Below are positions 9,364 to 14,999 of a stretch of 14,999 bases of DNA, in pieces. The stretch comes from Planctomycetota bacterium. Its GTDB lineage: Bacteria; Planctomycetota; GCA-002687715; DRQF01. The DNA lies in NCBI GenBank assembly GCA_027001995.1, contig JALTLO010000026.1:1-14999 (forward strand), written 5' to 3'. Position numbers and translations under genes: made by a program. The notes under the pieces were generated by a model. It was not told where the DNA came from. It did no database searches and saw only the letters and a program-made list of their open reading frames with translations. Position 1 is the first letter of the stretch, and each line of letters starts with the position of its first letter.

Positions 9364-9738
9364 TCAGTTCTCGGCGGTAACCTTCTTCAAAGAAACGCAG
9401 GAGAACTTGGTGGTTTTCAAAGCAGCGTTCACCTTCTCAATGTCCAAGACCACAGAGTCTTTGACCGAAACGATGGCCGAATCTGAGATGAAACCTGCGG
9501 AGACGTGGGAGACACCTTCCAGGTGTCCGAGTAAGGCCTTTTCGACCTGAGCCACTCAGCTCGGCCCTCACAAGGGGGTGAGCTGAAGGTCATAGATCGT
9601 TTCGCCAGCCTGGCTTTCAGGAAAGCTGGGATTTCCTTGAGAGAAATACCAAGCAACAGCCAGGATTATCGCGACAAGCAAAAGAGGTTTTAGGAACTTC
9701 CTCTTACTCACCGTGGATGGAGATTCTGATTCGCTCAT
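9364..9738 (-). CDS. Putative double-selenocysteine HMA-domain (MerP/CopZ-like) metal-binding protein with N-terminal signal/membrane anchor, 124 aa, U57 and U61
   Basis: Manual minus-strand translation from ATG 9738 (alternative GTG 9711): MSESESPSTVSKRKFLKPLLLVAIILAVAWYFSQGNPSFPESQAGETIYDLQLTPL*GPS*VAQVEKALLGHLEGVSHVSAGFISDSAIVSVKDSVVLDIEKVNAALKTTKFSCVSLKKVTAEN. Both in-frame stops are TGA (9568-9570, 9556-9558) and fall at the Cys positions of the HMA motif C..C-V-x-x-VEKAL...EGV. SECIS-like hairpins lie immediately downstream. Confidence 0.8.
9511..9527 (-). promoter_or_regulatory. Candidate bacterial SECIS element 2 (for UGA at 9556-9558)
   Basis: Minus-strand RNA: GACACCU-[GGA]-AGGUGUC, a perfect 7-bp stem with a G-initiated loop 35 nt after the second UGA. 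Folded by eye. Confidence 0.45.
9527..9559 (-). promoter_or_regulatory. Candidate bacterial SECIS element 1 (for UGA at 9568-9570)
   Basis: Minus-strand RNA: CUGAGU-GGCUC-AGGUC-[GAAAA]-GGCCU-U-ACUCGG. It has a 5-bp upper stem with a G-initiated apical loop, 24 nt after the first UGA, and a 6-bp lower stem. Folded by eye. Confidence 0.55.
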
Positions 9739-9825
9739 AGTCCCTGATAAACAAAGCCTGAGACCTCTTCATTCCGGCAAAAGCAGGAAGAGGGTCGAAA
9801 ACAAAAAAACGATCAAAAAAGACGT

Positions 9826-9875
9826 AAAAACGGACCCTTCGCCCCAATCGAAATTGACTGTGCGAAGAAAGTCCG
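9826..9875 (-). terminator. Rho-independent terminator of rpsU
   Basis: Minus strand: CGGAC-UUU-CUUCGC...CAAU-[UUCG]-AUUG...GCGAAG-G-GUCCG followed by UUUUU and further U-rich tracts. It starts about 20 nt after the rpsU stop. Confidence 0.8.
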
Positions 9876-9896
9876 CTTTTTGTCAGGTAGCTAAGT

Positions 9897-10100
9897 CTAA
9901 AGCTGCTCGCGCAGACGATTAGCCAAGCGAATTGTCTTCAGGCGTTCTTTAGCCTTGCGACGACGCCTCTCACTGGGCTTCTCATAATACTTCCGAGCGC
10001 GATAACCACTGTAAATACCTTCGTTTGCGCACATTCTTTTGAGCCGGCGTAATGCCTTGTCGATGGGCTCATATTCGCGCAATTGGATCCGAATAGCCAA
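9897..10100 (-). CDS. rpsU: 30S ribosomal protein S21 (bS21)
   Basis: Sequence EPIDKALRRLKR...EGI...RARKYYEKPSERRRRK is the S21 signature; 67 aa, basic. TTG start preceded by SD AAGGAG. Confidence 0.96.
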   Translation of the reverse strand: MAIRIQLREYEPIDKALRRLKRMCANEGIYSGYRARKYYEKPSERRRRKAKERLKTIRLANRLREQL

Positions 10101-10325
10101 TTGAACCTACTCCTTAAGCATCCCGCACCAACGGCGGGGGTTTCTGTTTGGGACGCTATATCAACAACCTCAGAGGCCCGAGACAAGCTCGCAGTCAAAA
10201 CTCCTCTTCAGTTTGTGCAGAAAATTGACATAAACTGAGTACTCCTGGGTGCTGCTCTCACTTTGGCCGGACTGAGAAAACTCCGGGGCAGTTCTCAAAA
10301 GCCCCCAAACGAAGAGGATTGAGCG

Positions 10326-11150
10326 ATGACGACGGATGAAACTCCCAGCGGCTACCTGCATGGCTACAGCGAAAAAGAACGCAGCCGTTTGAGGCAACAG
10401 GCCCGGGTCTTGGAACACCGCATTCACGATCGCCTCCCTTTTCGTCGTTCCAAGGACATCGTGGAGATCGGATCTGGGGTCGGTGCCCAAACAGAAATCC
10501 TCATGAGGCACTTTCCTGACCTCAAAGTGACCTGCGTGGAATACAATCAAGATCAAGTTGAGGCGGCGAAGCAGCATCTAAGTCAATTGGAGTGGGCCCA
10601 GGGACGCTTCCGGTTGACCCAAGAAGATGCCATGCACCTTTCTTTCGAACGCGACCGCTTCGACGGGGCCTTTCTATGCTGGGTCCTCGAGCATGTTCCC
10701 AGCCCGGCCCGTGTTTTGGGGGAAACTCGCAGAGTCCTACGACCTGGTGCGCCAATATGCTGCACAGAGGTCATCAATTCCTCCTTTTTCATCGACCCTT
10801 ACAGCCCCCACACCTTGAAGTACTGGATGGCCTTCAACGACCACCAAATCGCCATGTCTGGGGACCCCTTTGTAGGAGCCAAGCTGGGTAACTTGCTCCA
10901 ATCTGCCGGTTTCAGAGACATCGAAACGAGGGTGAGAACCCTCCACTTCGACAACCGGGAGCCTGGGGAGCGGGCAGAATTCTTAGCTTATTGGACGGAC
11001 CTCTTGCTCTCAGGCGCCCCGGAGTTGCTGCGCATGGGGCTGGTATCAGCAGAGACCGTCCAGGGAATGAAAGATGAGTTGGAGGTTGTTGGGCGAGCCC
11101 CCAACAGCGTCTTCCTCTATTCCTTCATGCGCGCTACAGCCACGGCTTGA
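10326..11150 (+). CDS. Class I SAM-dependent methyltransferase
   Basis: Motif I (IVEIGSGVG), acidic residue after beta2 (VTCVE), QEDAMHLSF..DRFD, WVLEHVPSP..VLGE.RRVLRPG, and N-terminal YLHGYS..ERSRL..QA. SD GAGGA upstream. Confidence 0.92.
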   Translation: MTTDETPSGYLHGYSEKERSRLRQQARVLEHRIHDRLPFRRSKDIVEIGSGVGAQTEILMRHFPDLKVTCVEYNQDQVEAAKQHLSQLEWAQGRFRLTQEDAMHLSFERDRFDGAFLCWVLEHVPSPARVLGETRRVLRPGAPICCTEVINSSFFIDPYSPHTLKYWMAFNDHQIAMSGDPFVGAKLGNLLQSAGFRDIETRVRTLHFDNREPGERAEFLAYWTDLLLSGAPELLRMGLVSAETVQGMKDELEVVGRAPNSVFLYSFMRATATA

Positions 11151-11333
11151 TACCCCTATTCCCGAGGGGTGTCAAAAAAACTGACAGTCGTAACGATGGC
11201 GTAACGGTGACCTCGTTGGTCCTCAGTCGCAGCAAACTATCCACATAGACATAAACGCTTGTAGCAAAACAGTTTGCAACAATCGCCTCATTTGGCACAG
11301 GAGTCGCATAGATGCTTGGCAACGGAGAATCCT

Positions 11334-12353
11334 ATGTCCCGCTTGTTAAGCAAATTGATCGTCGTCAGTCTTCTTGTTTCCTTGGCATCTTGTCACGCTG
11401 TGGACTCATCATCGACTGTCAAGACCCCGAAAACCCAAACCATTGACACTTCCTTGGAGGCGGAGCCCGCCTACGAATTGGCTACTTTGGTGCGCTTGGA
11501 AAAGCGACAGCCCCTGGAGTCCGAAGGACTTCATAATGTTTATGTCTTAAGCGAGAACATTTCCTCGGGCTCAGAACCTGAAGGTGAGGAAGCTTTCGCG
11601 CGACTGCAAGAAATGGGAATCAAGACCATCCTCTCCGTCGATGGCAAGCTTCCAGAAGAAGCTTTAGCAAAGGCCCATGGCATGCGCTATGTCCACATCC
11701 CGATCCAATACAAAGGCATTGAAGACAAGGCTCTTCTGCATATCGCCAAGACGTTTCGCGAGCTGGAAGGCCCATTCTACGTTCACTGCTTCCATGGCCG
11801 ACACCGAGGGCCAGCGGCGGCGGCTGTTGGTCGCATCGTCCTCGACGGGGCCTCCCGCAAGAAAGCTCTGGCTGAGATGCGCCAATGGTTTGGTACGTCA
11901 TCCAAATACGAAGGTCTCTACCAACTCATCGCTCACGGAGCCTTGCCATCCGAGTCACTCACCCAAGAAGCCTCCTGGGACTTCCCAGCAGCCCATAGAG
12001 TTGAGGGGATTGCCAGTTCTATGGTGAGCATCTCTCGGGCTGAGGACGCCCTTAAGACCTCAGCAAAGCTCAATTGGGGCATCGATCCAGGGCACCCAGA
12101 TTTCAATGCGGTCAATGAAGCCAACATCCTGTTGGAGAGTTTTGAGCGTATGTCTGCCCTTTCGGCGGTTTCCCAGGGGCCACCTTCTTTGCGAGCCAAT
12201 GCAAAAGCCTCCATCTTCGCCACCCAGCAACTCAAAGACCAACTGTCCCGTTTTGCCCAAGGCGATGCCGCCGCTGGTCAATTGGCCTTGGGGAGCATGA
12301 AAACGATCAAACGCCTATGCAGTTCCTGCCATCGCGCCCATCGCAACCACTGA
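11334..12353 (+). CDS. Lipoprotein: CX5R protein-tyrosine/dual-specificity phosphatase-like (or sulfurtransferase-like) domain fused to a cytochrome c'-like (class II) domain
   Basis: ATG 11334 follows SD GGAG. Signal peptide MSRLLSKLIVVSLLVSLAS-C has a lipobox. PTP/DSP-fold motifs: SGSEP, GIKTILSVD, GMRYVHIPI, GPFYVHCFHGRHRG (CX5R). The helical C-domain ends in CSSCHRAHR, a C-terminal CxxCH typical of class II cytochromes c. Confidence 0.85.
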   Translation: MSRLLSKLIVVSLLVSLASCHAVDSSSTVKTPKTQTIDTSLEAEPAYELATLVRLEKRQPLESEGLHNVYVLSENISSGSEPEGEEAFARLQEMGIKTILSVDGKLPEEALAKAHGMRYVHIPIQYKGIEDKALLHIAKTFRELEGPFYVHCFHGRHRGPAAAAVGRIVLDGASRKKALAEMRQWFGTSSKYEGLYQLIAHGALPSESLTQEASWDFPAAHRVEGIASSMVSISRAEDALKTSAKLNWGIDPGHPDFNAVNEANILLESFERMSALSAVSQGPPSLRANAKASIFATQQLKDQLSRFAQGDAAAGQLALGSMKTIKRLCSSCHRAHRNH

Positions 12354-12376
12354 CTGAACCCCTCTCCAAATCACAG

Positions 12377-12420
12377 AAAAACCCCAAAGACGCCATAGAG
12401 AGGCATCTTTGGGGTTTTTT
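12377..12420. terminator. Bidirectional Rho-independent terminator between convergent genes
   Basis: AAAAA-CCCCAAAGACGCC-atagaga-GGCATCTTTGGGG-TTTTTT: a 13-bp stem (one C/A mismatch on +, U-G on -) flanked by A and T tracts, between the stops at 12353 (+) and 12452 (-). Confidence 0.9.
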
Positions 12421-12451
12421 GAGAGTCATGAAGAAGGGGCCGCAGGACTAC

Positions 12452-13465
12452 TTAGGAAACTGAAACGGATCCCAGGGCTTCTTCGAAGGCGTTTCGCAGG
12501 ACATCCACGTCGATCGTCTCGCTTTCGGCTTCCTTCAAGGAGCGCCACATGGCCAAGCGAACCGAGCGAACGAAGCGGGAGATAGGCTGGCCGTCGACCA
12601 AACCAACATTAATCAGATCAATGAGCTTACGCGCAGCGTGAAGATAGACACGTTTGGCTCCGTCCAGGTCACCGGCCTCTTCTTTGGTTGTTCCGAGAAT
12701 CAAACCCAACTCAAGAAGAGCCCCCAAAACATCATCATCCAATTTAGCGCCAGATGGGAGAACCGACGAGCAAGTGCCGTCGAATTGAACTCGCACGTCC
12801 TCTTCCACATCTCCCGTTTCCGAGTCTGTTGATTCTTCGGTGGTGTCATCGCACTGGACCTCGGGCACCTCTTCTTCCGCTGGGCCCGCGGCTATCTCTG
12901 GGGCGGCCACTTCAGGAGCCACAACATCGACCTCCCCAGCGGCTGGAATCTCTTCTAATTCTACGACGTTCTGATCGTCAACCATCTGGTTTTCTGCCAT
13001 GACCTCTTCGGCCTCCTCTTCGATTGAGGTGACATCAAACTCAGATGAAACTTGAGCTGCCAAGGTGTAAGCGACTTCAGTCATGTCATGATCGAGCTTA
13101 GCCGTATCTTCGAGAGCCAAGGTCCCAACTTTTGGCCAAATGCTGCTGCCATGAAGCCAAGGAACCACACGCCAAGCGCAAGGCCTTGCAGCTATGAGGA
13201 AAACGCTATCTGAGCTTGCCAGGTCTTGGACCATGGGATGGCGAATAAACTTGGATGAAAGAACTTGAGCAGAAAGCACCAAGACTAAGGCATCTCGGTC
13301 TTTAAGCTTGTTCTTGAGGGCCACAGTTCCCAAACGCTCTAAGCTCTCGACGGTTTTCGTTTCGAGCTTGGTGATGGTATCGAGGACCCCCAGGTGCTCC
13401 ATGACCGAGTCTGTTAGATCATCGTCTTCACTACTGTGAACCAGAATGATTCCCTTATTGGACAT
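12452..13465 (-). CDS. Protein with degenerate N-terminal TIR-like domain, acidic low-complexity linker and helical C-terminal domain (337 aa)
   Basis: ATG 13465 follows a strong SD AAGGAGG (the ORF-track start at 13540 is less likely). The N-terminus IILVHSSEDD...HLGVL...ALVLVLSAQVLSSKFI...VFLIAARPCAWRVVPWL follows the bacterial TIR pattern FISYSHxD...HL..L...AILLxSxxFLxSxFI...IxPxIxRPCxW. The middle section is Glu/Asp-rich. Confidence 0.7.
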   Translation of the reverse strand: MSNKGIILVHSSEDDDLTDSVMEHLGVLDTITKLETKTVESLERLGTVALKNKLKDRDALVLVLSAQVLSSKFIRHPMVQDLASSDSVFLIAARPCAWRVVPWLHGSSIWPKVGTLALEDTAKLDHDMTEVAYTLAAQVSSEFDVTSIEEEAEEVMAENQMVDDQNVVELEEIPAAGEVDVVAPEVAAPEIAAGPAEEEVPEVQCDDTTEESTDSETGDVEEDVRVQFDGTCSSVLPSGAKLDDDVLGALLELGLILGTTKEEAGDLDGAKRVYLHAARKLIDLINVGLVDGQPISRFVRSVRLAMWRSLKEAESETIDVDVLRNAFEEALGSVSVS

Positions 13466-13587
13466 GAGCCGACCTCCTTGATGATGCATATTCACCCATC
13501 TTTTCGGCTCAGGGAGGGCCAAACTTGAATGAATATGCAAAATCTCCGGGGTTTTTCGGACAATTCATCATCTTAGATGGCGGCGAT

Positions 13588-14145
13588 TCAATCCAAACGG
13601 AGATCTTGGCGGCCGAAGAGTGGCTCAAGGGTGACGCCACGGGCGGCAAAAGCCTCCATGGCACCTTCCCCCCGGTCAACCAAACAGATCACCCGCTCAA
13701 CGATGCCACCCGCTTCTCTGACGATGTCCAAGGCTTCTAAGGTTGAACCTCCCGTGGTGGTCGTGTCTTCCACCAAGGCAACCCGCTGACCAGGCTGGAA
13801 CCCACCCTCTAACTGTCTAGCCAGCCCGTGCTTCTTGGCTTCCTTGCGAACGAAAAAGCCCAGGAGATGACTGAAGTCAGGGTTTCCATCCGCCGCGGCC
13901 AGCACCGCGCTCACCAAAGGCACAGCTCCTACGGCCATCCCTCCCACAGAATCGACGGCTGTCCCCTGGGACAACAACCTAAGGACCATCTCCCCTGCCA
14001 AGGCAACACCCCGGGGTCGCATCAGGGTTTGGCGCAAATCCAGGTAGAAATGACTCTTCTTACCGCTGGCCAAGGTCACCGCACGTTTTTCCAAGGATAC
14101 CTCATGGATGAGGTCCAACAATTCTGATTGGGCTGGGTCATTCAT
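13588..14145 (-). CDS. pyrE: Orotate phosphoribosyltransferase
   Basis: Motifs TLASGKKSHFYLDLR, VGGMAVGAVP, FFVRKEAKKHG and the PRPP-binding loop VALVEDTTTTGGS, followed by LVDR.EG. Confidence 0.96.
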   Translation of the reverse strand: MNDPAQSELLDLIHEVSLEKRAVTLASGKKSHFYLDLRQTLMRPRGVALAGEMVLRLLSQGTAVDSVGGMAVGAVPLVSAVLAAADGNPDFSHLLGFFVRKEAKKHGLARQLEGGFQPGQRVALVEDTTTTGGSTLEALDIVREAGGIVERVICLVDRGEGAMEAFAARGVTLEPLFGRQDLRLD

Positions 14146-14223
14146 GTCCCCATTGTAGCCATGGAGGAGACTCAGAGCCAGCAGGCTTCAACCCAAGGAG
14201 AGAAAAACCGGAGAGATCAACGC

Positions 14224-14999
14224 TTACTTCAGATCCTTGTATTCGTTCAAGAGATTCTGTGCGCGGCGGTTTTGCGGATCGTCCTTCAAGACCAAAGCAA
14301 GCTGATGACGCCCCCTTTTCGCCAACTTGGCGACGAAGAACATTTTCGCCATCAAAATGCGGGCATCTGCGTACTTGGGATCATAGCGCACCGCCATCTC
14401 CAAGCTTTTCATCGCCTGCTGAGGTTTCGCTTGCCAGGTGTGCATAGCAAAGTAATAGCGGGCTACCGGATCTTTCGGGTTTAAGCGGCGGGCCTTTAAG
14501 ACAGCCTTGAATCCATCCTGAGGCCGCCCAGCGAGAACCAAAGCGTTTGACATTTTCACTTGAATGAGAGCATTTTCCGGTGCCAAGGAAGCGGCCTTTT
14601 CGAAATCGGCCACAGCTTCGCGATAACGCTTGAGGCCCACATAGGCATCAGCCCGAAAAGCGTAGTTGGCAGCTTCGTCATCTTTGATCGCTAACCGTCG
14701 GTTGGCCCACAACAGAGCTTTGTCATAGCGCCGGGCCGTGAGAGCACCGACAACACGCTTCTGCATACTCTGATAAGAACGACCTTTGAGAAGAACAGAG
14801 CGCATAATGGAGTTATTCGAAGCAAAGGTGCCCTTTTCGTCCTTGAGTCTCGAAATGCGATCGGTCGTTCGCTTAGCATTCTCCTTATCACCCACCATGG
14901 AATAGGCCCGGGCCAAGAGGTTTAGAACACTTGTCTGATTTGGTGTCTTTTCATCAGCGATTTCAAGATACTCGACGGCTTCCTTCGCCTTATTTGCCG
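14224..14999 (-). CDS. Tetratricopeptide-repeat protein, C-terminal part (5'-truncated by the window)
   Basis: The frame is open to the window edge (ANKAKEAVEYLEIADEKTPNQTSVLNLLARAY...). It has several TPR units, e.g. YAFRADAYVGLKRYREAVADFEKAASLAPEN, ARRLNPKDP, AVRYDPKYADA. Confidence 0.88.
   Translation of the reverse strand, partial: ANKAKEAVEYLEIADEKTPNQTSVLNLLARAYSMVGDKENAKRTTDRISRLKDEKGTFASNNSIMRSVLLKGRSYQSMQKRVVGALTARRYDKALLWANRRLAIKDDEAANYAFRADAYVGLKRYREAVADFEKAASLAPENALIQVKMSNALVLAGRPQDGFKAVLKARRLNPKDPVARYYFAMHTWQAKPQQAMKSLEMAVRYDPKYADARILMAKMFFVAKLAKRGRHQLALVLKDDPQNRRAQNLLNEYKDLK

Noticed and set aside
9364..9555. 63-aa ORF as a standalone gene starting at GTG 9555
   Set aside because: It would begin right after the metal-binding motif, lacking beta1 and both ligands, and has no convincing SD. 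It is better explained as the 3' part of the longer recoded gene.
9556..9570. Genome-wide TGA reassignment (genetic code 4 or 25) as the explanation for the in-frame TGAs
   Set aside because: TGA serves as the apparent true stop of several genes here (kinase 1128, antiporter 9346, HMA gene 9364, methyltransferase 11150, cytochrome fusion 12353), and Trp is encoded by TGG. No other long gene contains an internal TGA, so the recoding must be site-specific.
9429..9656. ORF-track 75-aa ORF (MLGISLKEIPAF...), or a frameshift joining it to 9364..9555
   Set aside because: It is an alternative-frame shadow with no recognisable motif. The in-frame readthrough product gives a coherent signal peptide plus HMA domain without any frameshift.
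11149..11180. 9-bp hairpin GATACCCCT-attcccg-AGGGGTGTC after the methyltransferase as an intrinsic terminator
   Set aside because: It is followed by an A-tract rather than a T-tract on the + strand, and has no U-tract after it on the minus strand. The hairpin is real but not a canonical terminator, possibly a 3' stabilising stem.
11274..11333. Longer N-terminus (TTG 11274) for the phosphatase-cytochrome gene
   Set aside because: ATG 11334 has an SD (GGAG) and places the lipoprotein signal peptide at the N-terminus.
1..14999. CRISPR arrays, tRNA/rRNA genes (including selC), IS elements or prophage genes
   Set aside because: No regularly spaced direct repeats, cloverleaf structures, transposase, integrase or phage-like ORFs were seen. 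The intergenic gaps are short and largely explained by promoter regions, leaders and terminators.

Overview
Bacterial genomic window, roughly 50-55% GC by eye. It is most likely from Planctomycetota (inference from the ECF sigma/Ser-Thr kinase pair and the AroD-AroE fusion). Gene order: a 5'-truncated hypothetical protein (+); an ECF sigma factor overlapping a membrane-anchored Ser/Thr kinase-TPR gene (-); an aroD-aroE fusion followed by aroC (-); a CPA1/NhaP-type cation:proton antiporter with an RCK domain (+); a small heavy-metal-associated (HMA) domain gene (-); rpsU (-); a SAM methyltransferase (+); a lipoprotein fusing a CX5R phosphatase-like domain to a cytochrome c'-like domain (+); a degenerate TIR-like protein (-); pyrE (-); and a 5'-truncated TPR protein (-). 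The main discovery was only partly captured by the ORF track. At 9364..9738 (-) a 124-aa exported or membrane-anchored HMA (MerP/CopZ-like) protein has in-frame TGA codons at both metal-binding Cys positions (L-U-G-P-S-U-VAQVEKAL). Two SECIS-like hairpins follow in tandem, making it a candidate double-selenocysteine metal-binding selenoprotein. Also notable: a phospho-switch-type ECF sigma factor, the phosphatase-like/cytochrome c' fusion, and a possible RNA switch in the leader of the TIR-like gene.
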